A stretch of DNA of 64,000 bases from an uncultured archaeon (GTDB taxonomy: Archaea > Iainarchaeota > Iainarchaeia > Iainarchaeales > VGJJ01): positions 3,308 to 67,307 of the forward strand of contig CAYHNT010000001.1 of the NCBI GenBank assembly GCA_964358055.1. The letters run 5' to 3'. A program made the position numbers and the translations under genes. This document shows, piece by piece, positions 38,523-48,102 of the stretch (positions are counted from its first letter, which is position 1; every line of letters begins with the position of its first letter). The notes below the pieces were generated by a model. It ran no database searches. It had not been told where the DNA came from and saw nothing but the letters and a program-made list of their open reading frames with translations.

Positions 38523-39611
38523 ATGCATTCAACACTAAAACGTAATTCAGGTCAGGGTGCACTGGAATACTTATTATTAATCGGCGGTGCTGTGCTGATT
38601 GCCACCATCATTATGGTGATTGCTCTTACTCAAATTTTTCCCGCAAGTAGTGATATTGTGAATGATAATCTTAGTCAATATCAAAACCAGATTACTTTGA
38701 ACGCATTCGGTTTGGGCGGGGGATCAGGAAGTGGTTCTGTTTGTGGAAATGATATTGCGGAATCCGGGGAAGTCTGCGATGGTGTTGATTTGGATGGAGA
38801 AACGTGCGTGTCCCAATCATTCGCGGGCGGAACATTGGCCTGTGCTTCTAATTGCTTGAGTTTTGATACCAGTAGTTGTACGTCCCCCCCTACTTGCGGT
38901 AATGGAACCATTGGTAGCGGCGAAACATGCGACGATGGTGCGGCCCTTTCAGGTGATGGATGTAGTTCATCGTGCCAAGTTGAAGCCGGATGGAACTGTT
39001 CAGGTGAACCAAGTACTTGTACTTCAATATGTGGAGATGCACTTGTGGTAGGAACCGAAGTGTGTGATGGTGCTAATTTGAACGGACAATCGTGTACGAC
39101 ATTGGGATCGGGATATACGGGTGGGACTCTCTCTTGTGCAGGCACCTGTAACACATTTGTTACTTCATCCTGTAATCAGACTGTTTTGTTTGAAGTGGAA
39201 AATTATGCTTCACTAGGTGCGGGATTGCAAGTAGATAGTGCTACGTACTCTCCTGAATCCGTGGTGACGTTCTTAACGGGATGTACGGCAGCAAATAACA
39301 CCAATACGTATTCAAACTTCAATGTCCCAGTTGCGGGTAACTACAACGTGTGGGTGAAAGCGGACAACGTCGCAGGAGTAGCAGTTTCGTTTAATACAAC
39401 AGTCATTACAGCCGCCGGCTCTACGATTATCCCTGTTCCAAGCTCAGCCACTATTGCCACATGGTCGGGAGGCACTACTGTCGCATTACCTGTGGGTGCT
39501 TCGACTCGCAATGTGCAGATTCAGTGTAATGCCAACCTGCGCGTGGACAAAGTGATGATTACCAACAACACCACGTGTACGCCTACTGGAAACGGCTCGA
39601 ACTGTTCGTAA
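38523..39611 (+). CDS. Archaeal type IV pilin-like protein with three Myxococcus-type cysteine-rich repeats
   Basis: SG|QGALEYLLLIGGAVLIA signal. Three CG(N/D)..G.GE.CD...GD/GE.C repeats at about nt 38740-39100. Confidence 0.65.
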   Translation: MHSTLKRNSGQGALEYLLLIGGAVLIATIIMVIALTQIFPASSDIVNDNLSQYQNQITLNAFGLGGGSGSGSVCGNDIAESGEVCDGVDLDGETCVSQSFAGGTLACASNCLSFDTSSCTSPPTCGNGTIGSGETCDDGAALSGDGCSSSCQVEAGWNCSGEPSTCTSICGDALVVGTEVCDGANLNGQSCTTLGSGYTGGTLSCAGTCNTFVTSSCNQTVLFEVENYASLGAGLQVDSATYSPESVVTFLTGCTAANNTNTYSNFNVPVAGNYNVWVKADNVAGVAVSFNTTVITAAGSTIIPVPSSATIATWSGGTTVALPVGASTRNVQIQCNANLRVDKVMITNNTTCTPTGNGSNCS

Positions 39612-39630
39612 AGCCATTTTTTTTATGGCT

Positions 39631-40935
39631 TTACGGAACAATCCTATTCATGGTTCTGGGGAAACCTACCGTGTCGCGAATGTGTTCCATTTTGAACAAC
39701 CACATGGTGAGGCGAGACAAACCGAGTCCTCCTCCTGTGTGGGGAACGCTACCATATTTTCGTAAGTCTACGTACCACTGATAATCTTTCTCTTTGAGTT
39801 TGGCCGCTTTCATACGTGTAATTAGTTCCTCGTATTTCCAGCAGCGTTCCCCGCTACCAATGATTTCCCCATACCCTTCGGGTGCGAGCATGTCCACACA
39901 CATCACGGTTTCGGGCTTCTTTGGATCGGGACGATGATAGAAGGGCTTCAATACGGTGGGATAGTGGTGCACCATGATGGGTACATCAAAGTCCTTGGTG
40001 ATTTCCCTTTCCTGTGCTTCTCCCAAATCGTCTCCCCATTTGAGTTCGGGAAATTTCTTTTGAGCAATGGCAAACGCCTCGTCATACGTGACGCGTTTGA
40101 ATTTTGACTTAATTACTTTCTCTAAATCTTCTTTCTTTCGACCGAAATATTCGAGTTGTGCGGGGGCGTGTTCAAGTACGTATTTCGCCACGTGCTTAAT
40201 CATGCGTTCTTCCCAGTCCATTAATTCATCTAAACTCGAAAAGGCAGTCTCCCATTCGGCGTGCCAGAATTCAGTTAAGTGTCTTCGCGTACGTGAAGGT
40301 TCGGCACGGAAAGAGGGTGCCACCGTGTACACTTTTTCTAATGCGTGGGCATACACTTCCAAATAGAACTGCGAACTCTGCGTGAGGAATGCTTTTTTAC
40401 CAAAATAATCCACCTCAAATAATTCGCTTCCACCCTCAACGGCACCACTCACAAACATCGGGCATTGTACTTCCAAATAGCCGTCTTTTTTACAAAAATC
40501 GTGGAATGCTTCAAATACAACGGCAGAGGCGCGAAGCCCTTGTTGCATTTTGGTTGAACGTAACCATAAGTGGCGGACGTCCAACAGGAATTCCTCACTC
40601 AAATCCTTCCCAATGGGAAACTCATCCCCTGCGTGAATAATGTCCACTTTACTCACTTGGATTTCTTTTCCACCGGGCGCACGGGGGTCCTCTTTGATGG
40701 TTCCTTCAATTTCAATCGAGCTTTCCATTAATGCCTTGCGTGCGTGCTCGTAGGATTTTTTGTCCGTGATGCTTTCGCTCGAAAGAACGGCCTGCATTTC
40801 TCCGCTTCCGTCTCGTACGAGCCAGATTAAGGTTCCCTTGAAGTCGCGCTTGCGCTTGATCCATCCCTTAATGTGGGCTTTCTCCCCTTTCGTGTGTAAC
40901 ACTTCGTGAATTGTTTTTCGTTCCATATCTCCCAT
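39631..40935 (-). CDS. asnS: Class IIb aminoacyl-tRNA synthetase, most likely asparaginyl-tRNA synthetase
   Basis: Start trimmed to Met43; a TATA-like TATTTTTTTAAG lies about 40 nt upstream. Class II motifs and C-terminal GGGLGLSRL..IRDTVGFPR. The AsnS versus AspS-paralog call is from N-terminal similarity only. Confidence 0.6.
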   Translation of the reverse strand: MGDMERKTIHEVLHTKGEKAHIKGWIKRKRDFKGTLIWLVRDGSGEMQAVLSSESITDKKSYEHARKALMESSIEIEGTIKEDPRAPGGKEIQVSKVDIIHAGDEFPIGKDLSEEFLLDVRHLWLRSTKMQQGLRASAVVFEAFHDFCKKDGYLEVQCPMFVSGAVEGGSELFEVDYFGKKAFLTQSSQFYLEVYAHALEKVYTVAPSFRAEPSRTRRHLTEFWHAEWETAFSSLDELMDWEERMIKHVAKYVLEHAPAQLEYFGRKKEDLEKVIKSKFKRVTYDEAFAIAQKKFPELKWGDDLGEAQEREITKDFDVPIMVHHYPTVLKPFYHRPDPKKPETVMCVDMLAPEGYGEIIGSGERCWKYEELITRMKAAKLKEKDYQWYVDLRKYGSVPHTGGGLGLSRLTMWLFKMEHIRDTVGFPRTMNRIVP

Positions 40936-41169
40936 CTCCCTGCGTGTTTGTTGGATTGATAACTGACTTAAAAAAATAGGCCTCGGAGGGACCCTCGCAT
41001 AGGGAGCCCCTGGAAGGGTAAAATTAGGAACGATTGGAGTTGATGCGTACAAGTAAAGCAATAGGCGAAACGCGCGATTGCATGGTCAATAAGGTACGCA
41101 TCTAGAGAAACAATGGGCCTGAACTCGTTTAAAACCTATCCTTGGGGGGTTCTTTTTTTTAGAAACATA

Positions 41170-41562
41170 TCACGTCTTCTGTGCGAACTGTATTTCGATT
41201 GATTTGAAGGGGGTGGTGACGAGTACATTTTTTCCTAGTTTTTTGAGTTCTACTAGGTTCATGGTGGCTAATTGATGCAAATCGCGAGAGATAGCGGTTT
41301 GTTTTCGATTCGTTTTTTGGGCAATAGCACCTACTTCTTTTGCTTCCGATGGATTGTATGACATGAGTTGTTTCAATAAATCCAGTTTGGCTGGGGAAAG
41401 CAAACGGTGTAGTTGTTCGTAACTATTCACATAGAAAACATTCCGGGGGTGAGTTTTCCAAGCATGGGGGTCGGTGAATAATCGATCTTCATCGTCCTCC
41501 ATGTTTCCCCCGACAATAATGGTCAAAATAGTGCTTGGACGTTTTTGTTTCATCATAAACAA
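41170..41562 (-). CDS. Putative winged-helix transcriptional regulator
   Basis: 130 aa. LLKQLMSYNPSEAKEVGAIAQKTNRKQTAISRDLHQLATMNLVE is HTH-like. Confidence 0.45.
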   Translation of the reverse strand: MFMMKQKRPSTILTIIVGGNMEDDEDRLFTDPHAWKTHPRNVFYVNSYEQLHRLLSPAKLDLLKQLMSYNPSEAKEVGAIAQKTNRKQTAISRDLHQLATMNLVELKKLGKNVLVTTPFKSIEIQFAQKT

Positions 41563-41591
41563 GTAACCTCTATGTTATATATTAATCTTCT

Positions 41592-41939
41592 CTACCTCAA
41601 CTCCTTTGGAAGATAACGTATGCAAAATTGGATCATGCGTTCTTCCCAATTGGCTCTTGTTTCATTTCGAGCGTGCTGATATAACCCATAGGATAATGGA
41701 ATTTCTGGTTTTTCGATTCGATTGGTATGACCTAAATAGTTTCGATGGATATTGTAACAGCCATGCGAAAAATCGTGTTTGATAATCTCATGAGTGTGTT
41801 CATCCGTATCAATAAATAGCTGGATTACTGCAAAATTGATTAGCTCCTTCGTGTGCGCGTCATACACAATGTTGGTCCGAAGGACATTTCGTTCCTTCAG
41901 ATCGAGATACTTCTGACTTTTCTGCACAATAATTGGCAT
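41592..41939 (-). CDS. Hypothetical protein, co-directional with and 29 nt upstream of the HTH gene
   Basis: 115 aa. No motif recognised. Confidence 0.35.
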   Translation of the reverse strand: MPIIVQKSQKYLDLKERNVLRTNIVYDAHTKELINFAVIQLFIDTDEHTHEIIKHDFSHGCYNIHRNYLGHTNRIEKPEIPLSYGLYQHARNETRANWEERMIQFCIRYLPKELR

Positions 41940-42012
41940 GATACATTCAACAAATCGGTACTGTTTTAAAACTAGGGAAAATTTTTCAACGATTGAAAAT
42001 TCATTAGAGTTC

Positions 42013-43335
42013 CTACGGCGTCAATCGTTCCGGATCTCTTGGAAGCAAAATGGCTTCTTTGACGTTTTCCAAATTCAGCATTTGTTTGACAATACGATCC
42101 ATTCCTAACCCCACTCCTCCGTGAGGAGGGGCACCATATCGGAAAATATCGCGGTAGAATGTCATTTGATTGAAGTCAATTCCTTTCTCCTCGCATTGGG
42201 CCATGAGGATGGGTAAGCGGTGTTCGCGTTGGGCGCCGGTTCCTATTTCCACTCCCTTGTACAACAAGTCAAATGATTTGGTGACCTTTTTGTCGTTCTC
42301 CGGGCGCATGTGATAAAACGGTCTTTTTTCCCATGGATAATCCAGCATGAACACGAAATCGCTCTGGTATTTTTCCTTCACGTATTCCCCCATCATTTTT
42401 TCCCCTTCCGCATCCAAGTCGTCGTCCTCGGGGATGGTTTTTACCTTCGTTGAGAGTATTTTTCGTGCCTCGTGCAAGGAAAGCTTTGGTATTTCGTGTG
42501 GGACAATAATTTCGATCCCCATCTTGTCTAATTCAGGTTGACACTCGGCTTTGATTCCGCTCAATAAGATGTGGAAGTATTTCTCAATCACCTTCATGAC
42601 GTCAAACTCACTTTCAATGAATCCCATCTCAAAGTCAATGCCCGTGAACTCGGTTAAGTGTCTTGTTGTATGTGATTTTTCTGCGCGGAAGATGGGTTCA
42701 ATGGAATACACTTTTTCCAATCCTCCCACTACAAACATTTGTTTGTAGATTTGAGGACTCTGTGCAAGCGAGGCCGTTTTTCCAAAATAAGGGAGCTTGA
42801 ATTCCTCTGCACCGCTTTCAACCCCTGCGGCTGTTAATTTGGGCGTTTGAATGTTTACAAACCCTTCTTTTTCAAAAAAGTCAACTGTCTTGGAGAATAT
42901 TTTGCTTCGAAGGATGAAAATGTTCTTTACTTTTTCTCTGCGTACATCCAGGAAGCGATAATCTAATCGCTTGTCTATTCCTGTCGTAGTTTCCGTTGTA
43001 AGTTCGATAGGTAATGGTTGTTCGGCTTCATTTAGAATGGTGATTTCGGATGCCTCTAGTTCAACTTCACCCGTGGGAATTTCCGCGCGCACTTGGTTTG
43101 CGGGTCGCTTGTTGACTTTTCCTTTGATGCGTATGACGGATTCATTTTTGAGTGCGTGTTTGTTTGTTGACGTGAGTTCCTTGTTGACAAAAACTTGAGT
43201 TATTCCCGTGCGGTCGCGCAACAAAACAAAGGATATTTTTCCCGTCTCCCTAAATGTATCCACCCACCCTTCTAGAGTGACTTCGTGCCCGGCATGAGTT
43301 GAGCGTAGCTCCCCACACGTGTGTGTGCGTATCAT
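42013..43335 (-). CDS. aspS: Aspartyl-tRNA synthetase (archaeal type)
   Basis: N-terminal MIRTHTCGELRSTHAGHEVTLEGWV..FVLLRDRTGITQVF. C-terminal GGVGLGMDRIV...LLPRDPERLTP. Confidence 0.8.
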   Translation of the reverse strand: MIRTHTCGELRSTHAGHEVTLEGWVDTFRETGKISFVLLRDRTGITQVFVNKELTSTNKHALKNESVIRIKGKVNKRPANQVRAEIPTGEVELEASEITILNEAEQPLPIELTTETTTGIDKRLDYRFLDVRREKVKNIFILRSKIFSKTVDFFEKEGFVNIQTPKLTAAGVESGAEEFKLPYFGKTASLAQSPQIYKQMFVVGGLEKVYSIEPIFRAEKSHTTRHLTEFTGIDFEMGFIESEFDVMKVIEKYFHILLSGIKAECQPELDKMGIEIIVPHEIPKLSLHEARKILSTKVKTIPEDDDLDAEGEKMMGEYVKEKYQSDFVFMLDYPWEKRPFYHMRPENDKKVTKSFDLLYKGVEIGTGAQREHRLPILMAQCEEKGIDFNQMTFYRDIFRYGAPPHGGVGLGMDRIVKQMLNLENVKEAILLPRDPERLTP

Positions 43336-43410
43336 ATTCTGATGGGGTCAAATCCTTGTTTTAAAGGTACCCGTGCAAGCCTATTTATTCCAGGTTTTCA
43401 TTCCCATAGA

Positions 43411-44088
43411 ATGCCTCCTTCTTTCTCCAAAAAATCTTCTTCCCGGAAACGCGTCCCGAGTATGGGCAGAATAGGGGAGACCCTGTTGCGTCATGAGGCG
43501 AAGGGGCGCAGGCGAGACCGATCGCTAAATGAGCTGGTTCGCCTGGAAGTACTTTTTCCTGGATTTGCTGAATACCTGCGCGGAGGAGGAGGCCTCCTTA
43601 ATGATTATGGTCGGACGCTTCCACATTATGCACCCGTTCATCGTTTGCTGTTAAAATATGGCTCGGGTTTGCGTGGGAAAAAATTAGTGCACATTGCTTC
43701 CTCCCTAGGGCTCTATACCCAATTTTTACAGAGTCTTGGCGTTAAGGCCATCGGGCTTGACATGAATACGGCAGCATTAAACGTAGCAAAGAAAATAGGT
43801 AACCGTCGTGGAGTAAGAGGGGATGCACAATTTCTACCAGTACGCAATAACGCATTGGACTATGTTTTGGCTGACCATTTTCTTCTTGCCAATTATGGGC
43901 CCATCCGTGGCGTTGAGAGGGAATTTTTTGCTCAAATTCATCGTGTATTACGGCCTGGCGGCATTCTTATTGTTTCGTCTATTAGCAAGTTGGGGCTAAG
44001 AATATATCCAGACGTACTGACTGGGTTAGGTTTCAAGGTGCTTCAGCGTCCCAAAGTATATGGAAATATGGTTTTACAAAAAATATGA
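43411..44088 (+). CDS. SAM-dependent methyltransferase-like protein (degenerate motif I)
   Basis: LRPGGILIVSS is a post-I/motif II-like segment. Start chosen at the Met with TATTTATT 21 bp upstream. Low certainty. Confidence 0.4.
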   Translation: MPPSFSKKSSSRKRVPSMGRIGETLLRHEAKGRRRDRSLNELVRLEVLFPGFAEYLRGGGGLLNDYGRTLPHYAPVHRLLLKYGSGLRGKKLVHIASSLGLYTQFLQSLGVKAIGLDMNTAALNVAKKIGNRRGVRGDAQFLPVRNNALDYVLADHFLLANYGPIRGVEREFFAQIHRVLRPGGILIVSSISKLGLRIYPDVLTGLGFKVLQRPKVYGNMVLQKI

Positions 44089-44197
44089 AAAAGAGAGTAA
44101 GGTGGCGAGGCCCCATTTCCAGCATCCCAATCAAATGGTGAACCGGACTTGGAACCCCCTCCACAACCGTAAGAGGGGATTTTTTTTCGTAATCCCA

Positions 44198-46447
44198 CTA
44201 AACGCTGCAGTAGCTATACCCGCAGTCCATGCAGGTGGCGCAACCCTCTTGCATGTGGAGCTTGTTTCCTCCGCACTTCTCGCATTTCTTGGTTTCTCCC
44301 TTTGACAAGTCATGGGCCTTCATGACCTTAGCCTTGAAGTCCTCTTCCACTTGCTTGTTTGATTTTCCTTCCACGTTCAAATTGAGTACCTGGTTTTCGA
44401 ATCCCTTGCTTCCATCCCTGTAAATCGTGACACCTTTGCATCCGAGTTTGTATGCTAGCATGTACACTTCGCGCACCTCGTCTACTCCCGCGTCGTGAGA
44501 GAAATTAACGGTCTTGCTAATCGCGTTGTCCGTGTATTTCTGCCATGCTGCTTGCATGCGGAGATGCCAATAGGGGGTAATGTCATGTGCACATACGAAG
44601 ACGTTGCGCACGTCTTCAGGGATTTCAGTCAAATGATGCAATGTTCCCTGTGCAGCTATTTTTTCCATCAATTCCTCGTTATAGAATCCGCGTTTGATGG
44701 CGGCCTCTTTGAATATCTCATTCACGTACAACAATTCCTGCCCGTCCATCACGCGTTTAACGAATGAAATAGCAAACAATGGTTCGATTCCACCTGAACA
44801 ATCCGCAATCATGGAAATCGTTCCCGTGGGTGCAATCGTTATGCGTGCGCAGTTACGGAAAGTAGGCCCCTCGGGCGTGTCATAGGTGCTTCCTTTGTGG
44901 TGGAGGAAAACGCCTTTCTCTTTTCCTAACTCCTGCGACATGGCATCCGCCTCTTCGCGAATAAACTTGGCCATTTTCTCTGCAAACGAACAACCCTCTT
45001 CCGAGTTGTACGGAATGTTTAATTTAAACAACAAATCGGCCCAGCCCATGACTCCTAATCCAATGCGTCGGTTTCCCTTGTTCATGTGTTCGATTTGGGG
45101 AATCACATACTTGTTCATGTCAATCGTGTTGTCTAAGAAACGAACCGCCGTGCGAACCGTTTCGCGCAAACGAGACCATTCGACTTGTCCATCATGCGTG
45201 ACGTATTTGACGAGGTTGATGATTCCTAAATTACAAGAGTCATACGGACCCAAGGGCTGCTCTCCACAAGGATTCGTGGCTTCAATTTCGTAAATATGTG
45301 AAATGGTATTATCCCTGTTGATTCGGTCAATGAAAATGATTCCCGGATCTCCTGTTTTCCATGCACTCATCACGAGGTCTTCAAACAATAGTTTAGCGTT
45401 CTCTCGGCGCACCACCTGCTGATTGGAGGGATTGATGAGTTCGAAATCCTCATCTTTTTCAACCGCTTCCATGAACTTTTCTGTAATTGCCACGGAGATG
45501 TTGAAGTTGTTGATTTTGGTAATATCGTCCTTACAGTGAATAAATTCGTGAATATCGGGATGATCCACGCGCAGAATACCCATGTTGGCCCCGCGGCGTT
45601 TTCCTCCCTGCTTAATCACTTCAGTTGACGCGTTGTACACGGACATGAATCCCACAGGACCGGTGGCCACTCCCTTCGTGCTTTTCACAATGCTCCCTTT
45701 AGGACGAATACGTGAAAAAGAGAAACCCGTTCCTCCGCCAGACTGGTGGATTAATGCCTGGTGTTTCATCGTCTCGTAAATCGATTCCAAATTGTCCTCA
45801 ATGGGTAAAACAAAGCACGCCGATAATTGTTGCAACGGCGCCCCGGCGTTCATTAATGTGGGTGTATTGGGCATGAATTCCATTTTTTCCATCAAATGAG
45901 AAAATTGTTCAGTCCAATAGTGTACTGTTTCATCCGTTCCCCCATACTTTAATTCGGCCTGCGCAATGTTTCCTGCGACGCGCTTCCAAAGTTGTTCGGG
46001 CGTCTCCTTTACTTTTCCCACTTCGTCCTTCAACAAGTAGCGTTCCTTCAACACGCGTAATTGATTGATTCCCACATTCGTGTCGACGTTCAACCCTAAC
46101 ATCGTGCGCTTGAGGTCGCGTTCTTCGGTTCTTTTTTGTCGGTATAAAATATAGGACTTGGCTACTTTGGTTTCCCCTGTCTTCATCAATTCCTCTTCCA
46201 CAATATCTTGAACGTACTCCACGGAGGGAATGCTTTCCTCGGGGTGCTTCTCTCGTTCCTGGATCAATCGTTCCATGATGCGATCCGAGATACGCAAGGA
46301 GGTGGTTTCGTCGTCCTTTCCTGTGGCGTGGAATGCTTTGGTAATGGCGAGGGTTATTTTGTCCTGATTAAAAGAGACTACGGCCCCGTTTCTTTTTTTG
46401 ATGTTAGGGATTAATGTCTGGATTTGAGCATCATGCATATGTTCCAC
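44198..46447 (-). CDS. nrdJ: Adenosylcobalamin-dependent ribonucleotide reductase (class II, NrdJ) with N-terminal ATP-cone
   Basis: 749 aa. ATP-cone KKRNGAVVSFNQDKI. Class II core. C-terminal CEKCGG...CATCMDCGYSYC zinc-ribbon-like tail. Confidence 0.9.
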   Translation of the reverse strand: MEHMHDAQIQTLIPNIKKRNGAVVSFNQDKITLAITKAFHATGKDDETTSLRISDRIMERLIQEREKHPEESIPSVEYVQDIVEEELMKTGETKVAKSYILYRQKRTEERDLKRTMLGLNVDTNVGINQLRVLKERYLLKDEVGKVKETPEQLWKRVAGNIAQAELKYGGTDETVHYWTEQFSHLMEKMEFMPNTPTLMNAGAPLQQLSACFVLPIEDNLESIYETMKHQALIHQSGGGTGFSFSRIRPKGSIVKSTKGVATGPVGFMSVYNASTEVIKQGGKRRGANMGILRVDHPDIHEFIHCKDDITKINNFNISVAITEKFMEAVEKDEDFELINPSNQQVVRRENAKLLFEDLVMSAWKTGDPGIIFIDRINRDNTISHIYEIEATNPCGEQPLGPYDSCNLGIINLVKYVTHDGQVEWSRLRETVRTAVRFLDNTIDMNKYVIPQIEHMNKGNRRIGLGVMGWADLLFKLNIPYNSEEGCSFAEKMAKFIREEADAMSQELGKEKGVFLHHKGSTYDTPEGPTFRNCARITIAPTGTISMIADCSGGIEPLFAISFVKRVMDGQELLYVNEIFKEAAIKRGFYNEELMEKIAAQGTLHHLTEIPEDVRNVFVCAHDITPYWHLRMQAAWQKYTDNAISKTVNFSHDAGVDEVREVYMLAYKLGCKGVTIYRDGSKGFENQVLNLNVEGKSNKQVEEDFKAKVMKAHDLSKGETKKCEKCGGNKLHMQEGCATCMDCGYSYCSV

Positions 46448-46684
46448 CGCCTTCCATTTTAGGGTAAAATTGACTCTTTCTAACTCAACGCTTACTTTCT
46501 TTTTAATTCCAAGAGAAAATTTTTTTCTCCGGCGCGGATTGGGAATACTCCTGACGCTTGGAGAGTATTAAAACATATTTCAGGCCCCCAAATTTCCAAC
46601 CCATTCACGCAAACAAGGGAGTTAGCGCGCATTGTTGGACGCGCGCACGAACCTCCTTTAAGTACATCCTTTCTTTTTGGAAGA

Positions 46685-47632
46685 ATGGCCCCCTTTTCTG
46701 CCCGATTGCTTGAACGATACAAGGAACTCCTTCCTGAAAAAGAAGACTATGATTCCTTCCTCAGCGTCTCTAAAACGCGTTGGCCCAAAACCATCCGCAC
46801 CAACACCCTCAAGGCAAACGATGAGTGGATTGAGTCGCGTCTCCGCGAGCGTGGCATTTCCTATGAACGGCACCCCTCCATTCCTCACGCCTTTACCTTG
46901 CACCAGCTTTCCGTGCTCCTGGGTGGACTTTGGGAGACCCAACAAGGGTTCTGGCAGCCCCAAGAACTCTCCTCTCAACTCCCTCCCTTCGTACTCAAGC
47001 CCCTCCCGGGAGAGCGCGTACTGGATATGGCTGCGGCGCCCGGTAACAAAACCATTCAGCTTGCTTCCGCGATGAAGAATACTGGACAGCTGGTGGCCTG
47101 CGAGCCCAACAAAGAAAGGGCAAAGGCATTGCGTTTTGTTCTAGGAAAAGGAGGCGTGTCAAACGCAGGGGTGGCGTTACAAGACGCGTTAACGCTTCCT
47201 GAATCATTGATGTTCGATAAAATTTTGTTGGATGCCCCGTGCTCCGGGGAAGGGCTCCTGCGTAAGAAACCCCAGACGTTGAAAAGCTGGTCCGAAAAAT
47301 ACGTGGTGCACAAAGCGCAGCTCCAAACGAAGCTCATACTAAAAGCCGCGGATTTGTTGAAAGAAGGCGGAGAAATGGTGTACAGCGTATGCACGCTTTC
47401 CCCGGAAGAATGCGAGGGCGTACTCACCACGCTTTTACATGAGCGAAAAGAAATGAAACTGACGGACATTGATTTATTCGGACTCAAAACGCGCCCCGGC
47501 TTGAGCGCGTTTCGTAATCGGACATTCAGTAAGGGCATGGAAAAGACCCATCGTATTTATCCCCAAGATAATAACACCCAATCCTTTTTCATTGCCGCAC
47601 TCAAAAAAACAAAAAGTGAGGGAGCCAAATGA
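46685..47632 (+). CDS. NOL1/NOP2/Sun-family RNA (cytosine-C5) methyltransferase
   Basis: VLDMAAAPGNKT (motif I), LLDAPCSGEG (motif IV with PC), and a TC-containing motif near the C-terminus. Confidence 0.85.
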   Translation: MAPFSARLLERYKELLPEKEDYDSFLSVSKTRWPKTIRTNTLKANDEWIESRLRERGISYERHPSIPHAFTLHQLSVLLGGLWETQQGFWQPQELSSQLPPFVLKPLPGERVLDMAAAPGNKTIQLASAMKNTGQLVACEPNKERAKALRFVLGKGGVSNAGVALQDALTLPESLMFDKILLDAPCSGEGLLRKKPQTLKSWSEKYVVHKAQLQTKLILKAADLLKEGGEMVYSVCTLSPEECEGVLTTLLHERKEMKLTDIDLFGLKTRPGLSAFRNRTFSKGMEKTHRIYPQDNNTQSFFIAALKKTKSEGAK

Positions 47633-48102
47633 AAATCACGTTTTGCACGCCGGAAGAAAAAAAGCGATACGTGAATTATTTAGTTTCACGATATGGGATT
47701 TCTATTTCCATACTAAATGAGTGTGCGTGGATCACGTATGGGTTGAGCGTATTTATGATTAGTAAGACATGGGAGAAAATTCTAATTGAAAAAGAACTCA
47801 ATCTTTTTTCAGTAGGAATCCAAGCGTTCACGAATGGCAAGGAATTCCAACCCACCGCCAATTTTATTACACTCATGGGAGAACATATTACGCAAAACTG
47901 CATGGAATTGCCCGAAGGAAAGCTACTGTCTTTCTTTCAGGGGAAAAGCCTCTCTAAAACGGAAGCCAAATCCATTCGTGTTCTTTCCGACGGCTGGGTA
48001 GCGGTTTCATCTAAAGGAAAAGTCGTGGGTTCCGCTTCCCTGAAAGGAAACCATTTAATTCCCAATCTCCCGGGGCATGTTCATGCAAGCGAAAGCGAGT
48101 AA
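47629..48102 (+). CDS. Putative PUA-like RNA-binding protein, a stand-alone partner of the Nop2/Sun MTase
   Basis: ATGA overlap with the MTase stop. C-terminal GWVAVSSKGKVVGSASLKGNHLIPNL is PUA-like. Confidence 0.35.
   Translation: MKITFCTPEEKKRYVNYLVSRYGISISILNECAWITYGLSVFMISKTWEKILIEKELNLFSVGIQAFTNGKEFQPTANFITLMGEHITQNCMELPEGKLLSFFQGKSLSKTEAKSIRVLSDGWVAVSSKGKVVGSASLKGNHLIPNLPGHVHASESE

Noticed and set aside
46448-46684. Possible cobalamin riboswitch upstream of nrdJ
   Set aside because: No B12-box-like sequence or conserved riboswitch stems were seen on the nrdJ sense strand. NrdJ is not normally riboswitch-controlled.
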